From: Acidobacteriota bacterium | GTDB taxonomy: Bacteria; Acidobacteriota; UBA890; WLXD01 | Assembly (NCBI GenBank): GCA_965248695.1 | Contig: CBDFKD010000002.1 | Coordinates: 4,768,001 to 4,832,000 of the forward strand | DNA: 64,000 bases | Direction of reading: 5' to 3' | Shown here: in pieces, positions 9,043 through 18,783 of the stretch | Numbering within the stretch: position 1 is the first letter of the stretch | Layout of the letters: every line of letters begins with the position of its first letter | Notes under the pieces: model-generated | What the model was told of the DNA's origin: nothing | Databases searched by the model: none | Seen by the model: only the letters and a program-made list of their open reading frames with translations | Position numbers and translations under genes: made by a program

Positions 9043-11241
9043 TCAGCCCGGCATCCCCGTCGGCACCAGCGGTAGGGCCCGGAGCCGGACGCCGCTGGCG
9101 TCGAAGATAGCGTTGCCGACGGCCGGCGCGATGCCGACGATGGGGGTCTCTCCAGCGCCCACAGAGGCAAGATCCTGGCGGTCGACGAGGACCGTTTCGA
9201 TCTCGGGGACGTCGCTGAAGCGTGGCACTCGATAGTCTGACAAGCGCGGGTTGAGGATGCGCCCGTTCTCGAAGCGGATGGCCTCGAATAGCGCGCCGCC
9301 GAGACCCTGGACGAGGGAGCCTTCGACCTGGCTCCGGAGGTGGACCGGGTTGACGATCGCACCGCATTCGAACGCTTGAGTTGCTCGCAGAACGCGTACG
9401 TCGCCGGCGGAGCTGATCTCGACCTCGGCACAACAGGCGACGTAGCTACCCTTCTCGGTACCGATGCCGAGACCGACGCCACGTCCGCCGCGTGCGGTCG
9501 CACCGTCCCAACCGAAGGCATCGGCGGCTGCCACGAGAACATCGCGCAGCCGCCCGGCGTCGAGGTTGCGCAGCCGAATCTCCAGTGGGTCGATGCCCAC
9601 CGCCGCGGCGAGCTCGTCCATGGCAGTTTCCCGAGCGAACACGTTGGAGGTCGCGGCCAGGCCCCGATAGGAGCCCTGACGGAGCGGATAGGCGGTGCGG
9701 TGGAAATGAACGCTCCGGTTGGCAACTGCGTAGGGCGTCGATAGCGCCGAGGCGCCCGAGTTGTAGTTGTGGTACTCCCAGGCGGTCAGACGGCCGTCGG
9801 CGTCGGCTGCCGCGCGCACGTCGATGACGCCAGCGGGGCGGAAGTAAGCCCAGGTGAACTCCTCCTCGCGTGTCCACGTCAGGCGCACCGGACGCCCCGC
9901 TGCTCGGGCAAGGCGAGACGCTTCGACGGCCGCCTCGCCGGTGTGCTTGCCGCCGTACCCGGAGCCGGTATCCGGCATGATCACGCGCACGCGATCCTCC
10001 GGAATTCGGAAGGTCTCGGCCAGTTCGGTGCGGACGCCGAACGGTCGCTGTGTGCCGGTGTGCACGGCGAGCCGGTCGCCGTTCCAGGAGGCGACCGCGG
10101 CACGCGGTTCCAACGGCACGTGCTGGATGTACGCAACCTCGTAGGTCGCGTCGATGGATACCGCCGCACTCTCGAAGGCGGCTTCGCGCGCGCCGGTCAC
10201 CTCGGTGCGAGCGCGGCCGAAGCCACCATCAGATTCGTCGGAGACGTTGTCACGCAGATACCCGTACAGCTCCCTGTCGTCCGGCTGAGCGGGCGCTGAC
10301 CACTCCGCGCGGATTGACGCCAGGGCGGTCTCGGCCTCATCGAGCGTCGGCGCGGCGACCCCTACGAAGTCGCCGTCGTGCACCACCGTTACGCCCGGCA
10401 GGGCTTCGGCCGCCGACAGGTCGATGTGCTCGAGGCGTGCGTTGAACGCCGTCGGTCGCAGCACCTTTCCATGGAGCATGTCTGGGAGGCTCACGTCAGT
10501 CGGGTATCGGTGGGCGCCGGTCACGAACCCCACGCCGGCCACCTTCGAGGCGCTCGAACCGGATACCGCCCATTGTGCCGGAGCAGTCACCGGCTCCTCG
10601 TCGAGCACCGTCTGGAGCAATTCCCGCCCGCCCGTCAGCTCGCCGAGGGTCACGGCGCGTCCGGAGGGCTGATGCGAGATCCGGCCCGTTGACACAGTCA
10701 ATGTCGCCACGTCGACGCCGAGCCTCTCGGCCGCGAGCTCGAGCAACGTCTTCCGCGCCGCAGCGGCGATCTTACGAAGATGCGACGACATGACCGGAGT
10801 CGTCTGGCTGCCGAACGTACCGCGGTCGTAGGGCACGCGATCGGTGTCGCCCATGACCAGCTGGACGGCGTCGGTCGGGACCCGCAGTTCCTCGCAAACT
10901 GCCTGGGTCAGCGACGTGCGGATGTTCTGCCCGACCTCTACCTTGCCAGTGAAGACGGTGATCTCACCGTTGTCACCGATGTGTAGCCAGGCAGCGATCT
11001 CACCGGGCATCGTGCGGCGCCCGCCACGACCGGACTCCTGTGCGGCGGTGTCGACCGGTAGCACCATCGCCACCGCAAGCCCGGCGCCGAGAGCTCGAAA
11101 CAGCTCGCGCCGATCCAGGGCGAACACATAGGCCGGGCGTTCGCTCAGCTCGTAGCGCTCAGGCTCGAGCTCGACGGGCACCAGCGACTCCTGCTCGGTG
11201 GGGCGCGACACGGCGGCTCCGTCGCGAGGGCGGTCGCTCAT
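9043..11241 (-). CDS. Xanthine dehydrogenase family molybdopterin-binding subunit (IorB-like)
   Basis: GKVEVGQNIRTSL, DRGTFGS, GSGYGGK, GAGETP motifs; RRELF Tat-like segment; ATG at 11241 overlaps the upstream stop. Confidence 0.9.
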   Translation of the reverse strand: MSDRPRDGAAVSRPTEQESLVPVELEPERYELSERPAYVFALDRRELFRALGAGLAVAMVLPVDTAAQESGRGGRRTMPGEIAAWLHIGDNGEITVFTGKVEVGQNIRTSLTQAVCEELRVPTDAVQLVMGDTDRVPYDRGTFGSQTTPVMSSHLRKIAAAARKTLLELAAERLGVDVATLTVSTGRISHQPSGRAVTLGELTGGRELLQTVLDEEPVTAPAQWAVSGSSASKVAGVGFVTGAHRYPTDVSLPDMLHGKVLRPTAFNARLEHIDLSAAEALPGVTVVHDGDFVGVAAPTLDEAETALASIRAEWSAPAQPDDRELYGYLRDNVSDESDGGFGRARTEVTGAREAAFESAAVSIDATYEVAYIQHVPLEPRAAVASWNGDRLAVHTGTQRPFGVRTELAETFRIPEDRVRVIMPDTGSGYGGKHTGEAAVEASRLARAAGRPVRLTWTREEEFTWAYFRPAGVIDVRAAADADGRLTAWEYHNYNSGASALSTPYAVANRSVHFHRTAYPLRQGSYRGLAATSNVFARETAMDELAAAVGIDPLEIRLRNLDAGRLRDVLVAAADAFGWDGATARGGRGVGLGIGTEKGSYVACCAEVEISSAGDVRVLRATQAFECGAIVNPVHLRSQVEGSLVQGLGGALFEAIRFENGRILNPRLSDYRVPRFSDVPEIETVLVDRQDLASVGAGETPIVGIAPAVGNAIFDASGVRLRALPLVPTGMPG

Positions 11242-11834
11242 CGCTCGTCCTCGGGAGCAGTCTCGCTGACGGACTGGATGGCGGCGACGATACGGTGGTA
11301 CACGCCGCAGCGGCAGACGTTGCCCTCCATGTGGCGGGTGATCTCTCGCGCCGACGGGTTCGGGTTGCGTCTCAGCAGCGCCACCCCGGAGACGATCATT
11401 CCGGATGTGCAGTAGCCGCACTGCAGGGCATCCTGACGAAGGAAAGCTCTTTGTAGCGGATGCAGCTGACCGTCTCGGGCAAGACCCTCGATCGTCGTGA
11501 TCGCCCGGCCGCGGAGATCACCAACGGCCGTGATGCACGAGCGCCGCGGTGTGCCGTCGACGAGCACAGTGCACGCGCCGCACTGACCTTCACCGCAGCC
11601 GTAGTGGCTTCCGGTGAGGCCGAGATCGTCGCGCAGCACCGACAGGAGCAGTCTGTGAGGATCGACATCGACGCGGACGTTCTTACCGTTGATGCGCAGC
11701 TCGGCGAGCCGACGCGCTCTCAGCGCTGCAGGTCGCCTGATACTTCCGTGTTCGGTTGACATGTGCCCAGAGGCTATCGCCACCGCGTCGTCGACGACAG
11801 GGGGCGCTGGAACGGTGCTTCGCTCGGTAGCCAT
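11238..11834 (-). CDS. (2Fe-2S)-binding small subunit (IorA/CoxS-like)
   Basis: GCGEGQCGACTVL...C and QCGYC...CRC clusters; start uncertain (11834 or 11762). Confidence 0.9.
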   Translation of the reverse strand: MATERSTVPAPPVVDDAVAIASGHMSTEHGSIRRPAALRARRLAELRINGKNVRVDVDPHRLLLSVLRDDLGLTGSHYGCGEGQCGACTVLVDGTPRRSCITAVGDLRGRAITTIEGLARDGQLHPLQRAFLRQDALQCGYCTSGMIVSGVALLRRNPNPSAREITRHMEGNVCRCGVYHRIVAAIQSVSETAPEDER

Positions 11835-11855
11835 AGTGCCCGGCCGTCGACAGCG

Positions 11856-13801
11856 TCAGGAGACGACTAGGATCACTTCTGCTGAGGCATCGCCGATGCC
11901 GCAGGCGTGGACCGTCCGCACGCGCACGAAGTACGTGCCCGCAGCGACTCCGTTCGCCACGAAAGTCGTGCCGGTGCTCCCGGTGTCGAAGTTGGCCAGG
12001 TCGGATAGTCCCGTCGTAGATCCCGCCTCGATCATGTACGAGGTGGCAGCCTCGGCCCCCGGAGTCCAGCTGAGCGTGATTCGGGAGCCACTGGCCGAGG
12101 CGGTCAGGTTTCCCGGCACGCCGGCCGTTGTGTCGCAAGCGCTCGTGGGGTCCTCGACCATGGCCACCACGTTATTGGATTGTGCGCTCGTCCCGGCAGC
12201 GTTCACGGCGCTCACGGTGAGGTTGAAGGTCGCGCTGGCAACATTCGTGGCCGTGAACGAGGTGCTGGCGTTGCCGGTGTTGAAGTCCGCCAGATCGTTG
12301 CCAGAGGGAGCGGAGCCGGCCTGGATCCGATACGAGGTGGGCTCTCCGCCCGCGGCGGGTGCGCTCCATTCCAGGGCCACCGTCGAGTCGTTGACCTCCA
12401 CCTCCAGCTCTTCCGGGGGGCCGGGCGCCGTCGCCTCGCGGCCGGATAGCCTGCGTCGATCACGGGCGAGCCACCAACCAGCGTGTAGCCCTCGGTGATG
12501 CTGTCGCCAAAAGCCAGCCAGCGGCGTGACGAGGACATCTTGCCGACGATCGGTGCGGGGAACGAGCTTGTCGGGGCCACGTCGGCCGCCCGCCCCACGA
12601 CCACCTGAAGATCTGCGGCCCCACCTCGGGACCGGGCACCGGCGCCCTCCGCCACGGTCAGCCCGCCGCGCAGGTTCTTCCATCCCAGACGAAGCCGGCC
12701 GTCGGCGGTGGCTGCAGCGGCGATGTCGGCGTTGGCCGACAGGACGACATCTCGGGGCCGTTGCCACGAACGCTCGCCGAGGCGACTCCAGCGCACGACG
12801 CTTCGCTTTGAACCCGGGATGTTCTCGGCCACTGTCCAGATCAGGCTCAATTGGCCCCGCGAGGCCAGCGCGATCGGAGAGCTGCTAGCGCTGCGTGAGA
12901 CCGTTCGCGGCGCGTCCCATCCTTGCCGAGGATGCCCGACAACGGCTTCCGTCCAGTATGCGTGTTTCCGGAAGGAGCTCCAGGCGATCAACCAGCGGTC
13001 GCCGCTCACGGCGATGCTTGGCGCAACGTCGGGTGTCTCGTCGCGTGTCAGCGCAAGCGGTCGATCCCATCCCGCCGACCCGCGCCAGCTCACCCATATC
13101 TCGGCGTGGCCAGCATCATCGGCGGCCCAGACGACAGCTGGCAACCCTCGATCGCTCACTGCGATCGCCGGAGCCATGGGCTCGCCGGATGGCTGCGGCA
13201 AGCGTTCGGGAGAGCTCCAGCCGTCACCCAGCCGCTGCGACGCGTAGAGACCGGGGCGTCCGCGGTTGCCGACTTCATCGGACGCAATCCACACAGCCCA
13301 GAGTGATTCGCCACCCGAGGCCAGTGCAGGGTGACGATTGTATGCCCCGGCTGAAGGGCCGTTCTCGGGGGGCTGCCAGCGCCCCCGGTCGTATTGCTGC
13401 GCCCAGAGCCGGCTTGCCGACCCTCGAGATCGCGATGCGACGACCCAGGTCGAGCCATCGGCTCGAGCCGCAGCCGCAGGCTGGCCGTCGCGACCGGTCG
13501 ACGCAGGTCCGAGGCGGCGCGCCGGCATCTCCGGCGGCACCGCACCGTACACGCTGGTGCCAGCCACGGAGTCATCGGCAGCGCGCCAGATCGAAGCCGG
13601 TGTGTCGGCTGCCGTCACCACCGGGAGCCCGACGAACAGCCGCTCGCGAGCGCCTTGCACGGAGGCCAGCCCGGCGCTGATCTGGGGCGTCGCCAGGCCG
13701 ATGGAAACCAAGCACACCAGCAACAGTCGAGGACTCCATCCGTGATGCCTCCGCGGTGCATTGAACCGGGCGGCGCTGGTGCTCTGACGGGTGGAACTCA
13801 T
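11856..13801 (-). pseudogene. Secreted repeat protein with truncated SGNH/GDSL domain and two FN3 domains, split by a frame change near 12440
   Basis: ORF 12212..13801 has a signal peptide, PAIAV/PSIAV..W repeats and AFGDSITEG...GYP, then loses sense; the overlapping frame (to stop at 11856) encodes two FN3-like repeats (PGPPEEL...LEWSAP...SYRIQAGS; PGNLTA...LSWTP...SYMIEAGS). Confidence 0.65.
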
Positions 13802-14346
13802 CGACGCTGGCTGGTGACCGGGGGCTCGCGGTTGGGCGCGAAATGGAGAGAGGGAGACGTGTTGGCCACCGGATGCTACTGGGAGTCCAAGCGCGCGGCA
13901 AGAGGGGGTTTGGACGCCGGGGAGTGAGGCGTAGACACGTCAGTCTGGAGGGGACAACGGCGGTCAAGTACGCTCTCAGCTACGCAGGTATTGACATCGA
14001 GACACGCCGAATCCGTCTGCAGCACCTCGTTCAGAATCGACGCCTAGCGCGTCTTCTCCGGAGCCGGATTCGGACGGTCATCCGCTGAGCCGAACGGCGT
14101 GTCGCGTCGGGTCGTTTCGAATACCACGAATCCTCAGCGCGCAGACGAGGTCGTATCCAGGGTCGGGGCCGTCGTGTCGCACCATCGCCGACGGAAGCAA
14201 GGTTACGGCGAGCGTTGCCGGGACGATCGCGTGCGCCTATTCTTGGCCGACCTCGAGCCGCGCATGCGCCACCGATGTCGGTACGGCGGTTCCTGAGACG
14301 AGCCGGCCACCGGCCCGACTGGAAGCCTGCTGCAGGACCGGAGATC

Positions 14347-15588
14347 ATGAACGCCGCCACCGCTACCACCGAGCAGATCCGCCGGCAGTTCCCCGCGCTG
14401 GGGCGACAGTGTCAGGGGCTGCCGGTCGCCTATTTCGACGGCCCGGGTGGCACCCAGGTGCCCCGTTCGGTCGTCGAAGCGATGGTCGAGTACCTCTACG
14501 GCCACAACGCGAACGCCGGCTGGGCCTATCCATCCAGCCAGGAGACGGACGGTCATATCGCCGCGGCCCGCGAAGCCGTCGCATGCCTGCTCAACGCGAC
14601 GCCGTCCGAGATCGTGTTCGGGGCGAACATGACCACCCTGACGTATCGCTTGGCTCGCGTCCTCGGGCATGTGTACGGACCGGAGGCGGAGATTCTCGTC
14701 AACGAGCTCGAGCATCACGCCAACGTCGATCCGTGGATCGAGCTCGGACGGCAAACAGGAGCCCGGGTCAGGTCGGCGAAGATGGATCCGTCCACCGGAC
14801 AGATCGACTGGCCGGATCTCGAGCGTCAGTGCAGCCCGCGCACGCGTCTGATTGCCATCGGCGCCGCATCCAACGCCCTGGGCACCATCAACGAAGTAGC
14901 CCGGGCGTCCGAGCTGGCACGAAGCGTCGGGGCGCACCTGTTCGTCGACGCGGTGCATCTGGCCGCCCACGAGCTCATCGATGTTCGAGCGATGGGGTGC
15001 GATTTCCTGGTCTGCTCGTCCTACAAGTTCTACGGGCCTCACATGGGAGCCCTCTTCCTTCGCGGCGAGCTTCTGAGCTCACTCGAGTTCCCGCGGGTCG
15101 CGCCGGCGCCGGATTGCGCTCCCGATCGGGCTGAGACCGGTACCCGGAATCATGAGGGGCTCGCCGGGGTCACGGCCGCGGTCGACTTTCTCGCCTCGTG
15201 CGGCGCGGGCGAGGTCCGGCGTCAACGACTCGAGAGCTTCTTCGAGAGCCAGCAAACGGCTGGCGCCGAGCTGACGCGCCAGTTGTGGGACGGGCTATCC
15301 GCCATCGCCGGGGTCCGCGTCGTCGGTCCTCCTCCGGAGGTGCCGCGCACGCCGACCGTCAGCTTTGTCGTCGAGGGGATAGAGGCTGAGGCGGTAAGCG
15401 CCCGGCTGGCTCAGGAGGCCATCTTCACCTCGCACGGGGACTTCTATGCCAGTACGGCCGTTGCCCGATTGGGGTTCTCCCAGCAGGGTCTGGTGCGCGC
15501 CGGTTGTGCTTGCTACACGACTACCGCCGAGGTAGAGCGGTTGGTGGACGGCGTGCGACGCATTGCCGCTGGAGGAGACGGCCCATGA
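14347..15588 (+). CDS. Cysteine desulfurase-like PLP enzyme (aminotransferase class V)
   Basis: YFDGPGGTQVP, EHHAN, VDAVH, CSSYKFYGPH (PLP lysine), ETGT; ATG at 14347 after GGAGA. Confidence 0.88.
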   Translation: MNAATATTEQIRRQFPALGRQCQGLPVAYFDGPGGTQVPRSVVEAMVEYLYGHNANAGWAYPSSQETDGHIAAAREAVACLLNATPSEIVFGANMTTLTYRLARVLGHVYGPEAEILVNELEHHANVDPWIELGRQTGARVRSAKMDPSTGQIDWPDLERQCSPRTRLIAIGAASNALGTINEVARASELARSVGAHLFVDAVHLAAHELIDVRAMGCDFLVCSSYKFYGPHMGALFLRGELLSSLEFPRVAPAPDCAPDRAETGTRNHEGLAGVTAAVDFLASCGAGEVRRQRLESFFESQQTAGAELTRQLWDGLSAIAGVRVVGPPPEVPRTPTVSFVVEGIEAEAVSARLAQEAIFTSHGDFYASTAVARLGFSQQGLVRAGCACYTTTAEVERLVDGVRRIAAGGDGP

Positions 15589-15758
15589 CCATCGGTCCGG
15601 GCGAAGCCGTTGTCGAGACGCTCGTGTTGAACAACAACTCCTGGGACGCCGAAGTGGCCAGCGTGATCGAGGTCCTCGTGGATCCCGAGGAGATACCTTT
15701 CCCGGCGCGCGCCGCCGACATCTATACCAACTGGAAGCCGCCCGAGCCGGCGGGATGA
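15585..15758 (+). pseudogene. 57-aa remnant of a thiamine-diphosphate-binding enzyme
   Basis: Strong RBS GGAGGAG and ATGA coupling; peptide GEAVVETL / VLNNNSW / VIEVLVDPEE matches the N-terminus, TPP-motif NN and C-terminal strand of acetolactate synthase/Xsc-like enzymes. Confidence 0.55.
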
Positions 15759-15786
15759 CCGGCAGGCGTCGCAAGCAGATCTGAAT

Positions 15787-16950
15787 ATGGGCTACCGACT
15801 CAACGGGCAGCAACAGCTTATTTGCGACGGCGTGCGCGATGCGTGCCGGGCGTTCCCCGATGAATACTGGCGGGCTCTCGAGCGGCAGGATGCCTACCCC
15901 ACCGAGTTCGTCGACGCGCTGACCGAGGGGGGTTGGCTCGCGGCGCTCATTCCCGAGGAATATGGCGGGATGGGCCTCGGGGTTCTCGAAGCCAGTCTGA
16001 TCCTCGAGGAGATGAACCGCTCTGGCGGCAACGCTGCCGTGTGTCACGCGCAGATGTACATCATGGGAACGCTGCTGCGGCATGGCTCGGACGAGCAAAA
16101 GCAGCGGTTCCTGCCGCCGATTGCTGGCGGCGAGTTGCGGTTGCAGGCCTTCGGCGTGACCGAGCCCACGACGGGGACCGATACAACGCGCACGCAGACC
16201 ATGGCGGTGCGCCACGGCGACCGCTACGTCGTAAATGGGCAGAAAGTCTTCATATCAAGGGCATTGCAGTCGGATTTGATGCTGCTGCTGGTGCGGACAA
16301 CGCCACTGGATGCGGTTGACAAGCGGACCCACGGGCTCTCGCTCTTGCTGGTCGACCTGAAGGAAGCGGTGGGCAACGGCATAACGATCCGTCCGATCCG
16401 GACGATGATGAACCACCAGAGCACCGAGTTGTTCATCGACGACCTCGAGGTGCCCGTTGATCGACTCGTGGGCGAGGAAGGGCGGGGATTTCACTACGTG
16501 CTCGACGGGATGAACGCCGAGCGCGTGCTGATCGCCGCCGAGTGCATCGGTGACGGCCGTTGGTTCATCGAACGGGCGAGCAAGTACGCCTGCGATCGGG
16601 TGGTGTTCGATCGACCGATCGGCCAGAACCAGGGCGTCCAGTTTCCGCTCGCCCGAGCTCACGTAGCGGTTGAGGCAGCTGACCTGATGCGCTTCCATGC
16701 GGCCGAGCTGTTCGATGCCGGCGAACCCTGCGGCGCCGAGGCCAACATGGCCAAGCTGCTGGCCGCCGACGCCTCCTGGGAGGCGGCGAACGTGGCGCTA
16801 CAGACGCACGGTGGGTTCGGCTTTGCGGAGGAGTACGACATCGAGCGTAAGTTTCGCGAGACCCGGCTGTACCAGGTGGCACCGGTATCGACCAACATGA
16901 TCCTGGCGTTCATCGCCACCAAGGTGCTGGGGCTGCCGAGGTCGTATTGA
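15787..16950 (+). CDS. Acyl-CoA dehydrogenase
   Basis: IPEEYGGMG, FGVTEPTTGTD, NGQKVFIS, QTHGGFGFAEEYDIERKFRE. Confidence 0.93.
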   Translation: MGYRLNGQQQLICDGVRDACRAFPDEYWRALERQDAYPTEFVDALTEGGWLAALIPEEYGGMGLGVLEASLILEEMNRSGGNAAVCHAQMYIMGTLLRHGSDEQKQRFLPPIAGGELRLQAFGVTEPTTGTDTTRTQTMAVRHGDRYVVNGQKVFISRALQSDLMLLLVRTTPLDAVDKRTHGLSLLLVDLKEAVGNGITIRPIRTMMNHQSTELFIDDLEVPVDRLVGEEGRGFHYVLDGMNAERVLIAAECIGDGRWFIERASKYACDRVVFDRPIGQNQGVQFPLARAHVAVEAADLMRFHAAELFDAGEPCGAEANMAKLLAADASWEAANVALQTHGGFGFAEEYDIERKFRETRLYQVAPVSTNMILAFIATKVLGLPRSY

Positions 16951-17014
16951 TGCGCTTCGCAGTACCCGGCCAACCGGCGATAGGCACCACGCTCGCGACG
17001 TGGCAGGGGTCGGC

Positions 17015-18193
17015 ATGGTGATGCCGCTCGACGACGTCACCGTAGTGGCGCTCGAGCAGGCTGTGGCCGCCCCGTTCGCCAGCCGGCAGCTGGCAGATCA
17101 CGGAGCGCGCGTCATCAAGATCGAGCGCCCCGGCACAGGGGACTTCGCTCGCGCCTACGACACCCGCGCCAACGGCCTGGCGAGCTACTTCGTGTGGCTC
17201 AATCGTGGCAAGGAATCGCTGACCCTCGATCTCAAACATCCGGAGGGCAAGGAGCTACTGGCGAAACTGCTGGCGGACGCCGACGTGTTCCTGTCGAACC
17301 TTGCTCCGGGGGCGGTGGAGAGGCTCGGTTTCGGCGCCACGACGCTACGACGACGCCACCCGCGGTTGGTGGTGTGCGAGGTGTCGGGCTACGGCATCGG
17401 CGGTCCCGACGAGCAACGCAAGGCGTATGATCTGCTCGTGCAGGCCGAGGCCGGCCTGATGTCGGTAACTGGCACGGACGAACAGCCCAGCAAGGTGGGT
17501 ATCTCGGTGGCCGACATCTCCGCCGGTATGTACGCCTTCTCGGGCGTTCTGACCGCGCTGTACCAACGAGCTCGGAGCGGCTCGGGGACGATCGTGCGCG
17601 TGGCGCTTCTGGACACGCTGGCTGAATGGATGAGTCAGCCGATGTACTACGCCGGCGAGGACGGTGAGCCGCCTCGACGCAGCGGCGCAGAGCACGCGAC
17701 GATCGCGCCTTATGGCCCCTTCGTCTGTGCCGACGGGCAGGTATTTCTGGGGATTCAGAATGAGCGTGAGTGGGCGGTGTTCTGCGACCAGGTGCTCGGC
17801 GACGCGACCCTGGCCGCGGACGCAGAGTTCGCCGACAACTCGGCGCGCGTAGCGAACCGGCAGCGGCTGCAGGAGATCGTCGAGGGCGTGCTGTGCGACC
17901 GCTCCGTCGTCGACGTCCTCAGACAGCTTGATGCAACCGGCATTGCCAGTGCGAGAATGAGATCTGTGGGCGAGCTGGTCGAGCACCCGCAGCTGACAGC
18001 ACGTGATCGGTGGCGCCAGGTTGACTCGCCCGTCGGGCCGTTGCCCGCCTTGCTGCCGCCCGTGATCATGGAAGGAGTAGAGCCCGCGATGGGGCCGGTA
18101 CCCGATGTCGGCGAGCAGACGGAACAGATTCTTCGAGAGTTGCAGCTCGATGACGTTACGATCTCGCAGTTGCGGCAGCGCCAAGTCATCTGA
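17015..18193 (+). CDS. CaiB/BaiF (family III) CoA-transferase, Ict-like
   Basis: ALEQAVAAPFASRQLAD.GARVIKIERP, NRGKESL, KAYDLLVQAEAG; start at 17015 or 17021. Confidence 0.92.
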   Translation: MVMPLDDVTVVALEQAVAAPFASRQLADHGARVIKIERPGTGDFARAYDTRANGLASYFVWLNRGKESLTLDLKHPEGKELLAKLLADADVFLSNLAPGAVERLGFGATTLRRRHPRLVVCEVSGYGIGGPDEQRKAYDLLVQAEAGLMSVTGTDEQPSKVGISVADISAGMYAFSGVLTALYQRARSGSGTIVRVALLDTLAEWMSQPMYYAGEDGEPPRRSGAEHATIAPYGPFVCADGQVFLGIQNEREWAVFCDQVLGDATLAADAEFADNSARVANRQRLQEIVEGVLCDRSVVDVLRQLDATGIASARMRSVGELVEHPQLTARDRWRQVDSPVGPLPALLPPVIMEGVEPAMGPVPDVGEQTEQILRELQLDDVTISQLRQRQVI

Positions 18194-18219
18194 TCCCGAA
18201 GGGGCGACGAGAACAGGAG

Positions 18220-18726
18220 GTGAGCGTGGCGATCAAGGAAGGTTGGACCGGCCGCGTGTACGAAGATTTCGAAGTTGGAGACATCTACGAGCATCCCCTC
18301 GGGCGCACGATCACGCAGACCGACAACAGCTGGTTCACGCTCCTGACGCAGAACACCAACCCGATCCACTTCGATCGTGAGCTCAGCGCCGCCACCGAGT
18401 TCGGCAAGCCGCTGGTGAACTCCGCTCTGACCCTGGCGATGGTGACCGGGCAGTCGGTGACCGATCTGTCGCAGAACGTCATGGCGAACCTCGGCTGGGA
18501 CAAGGTGCGTCTCCCGGCGCCGCTGTTCGAGGGCGATACGCTGTATTCCCGCAGCGAGGTGCTGGAGAAGCGAGAGTCGAGATCCCGCTCCAACGTCGGC
18601 ATCGTGAGGGTAAAGTCGAGCGGCTACAAGCAGGACGGCACATTGGTAATCGAGTACGAGCGCACCTTCATGGTCTACAAGCGTGGTCATGTGCCGCAGC
18701 GCCCGCGGCCGCAGCCGCCCGAGTGA
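18220..18726 (+). CDS. MaoC family dehydratase, RipB/itaconyl-CoA hydratase-like
   Basis: YEDFEVGDIYEH..GRTI..DN.WFTLLT.N..PIHFD, ANLGWDKV, ERTFMVYKRG; GTG after CAGGAG. Confidence 0.88.
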   Translation: MSVAIKEGWTGRVYEDFEVGDIYEHPLGRTITQTDNSWFTLLTQNTNPIHFDRELSAATEFGKPLVNSALTLAMVTGQSVTDLSQNVMANLGWDKVRLPAPLFEGDTLYSRSEVLEKRESRSRSNVGIVRVKSSGYKQDGTLVIEYERTFMVYKRGHVPQRPRPQPPE

Positions 18727-18783
18727 GCGCATGACGGAGCCGTCGCTGACCGAGCGCATGACAGAGCCGTCGCTGACCGAGCG
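18725..18783 (+). repeat. 27-bp tandem duplication of the MmgE/PrpD start region
   Basis: GAGCGCATGACGGAGCCGTCGCTGACC followed by GAGCGCATGACAGAGCCGTCGCTGACC then GAGCG; one mismatch. Confidence 0.95.

Noticed and set aside
8892-9725. N-terminal extension of the 950-aa ORF suggesting a fusion protein
   Set aside because: It overlaps the Mo-subunit gene in another frame and is Arg/Ser/Pro-rich; the Tat motif and RBS place the true start near 8891.
13802-14346. Short ORFs or ncRNA in the ~540-bp gap
   Set aside because: No recognisable protein motif, tRNA or riboswitch; possibly decayed sequence, but not supportable.
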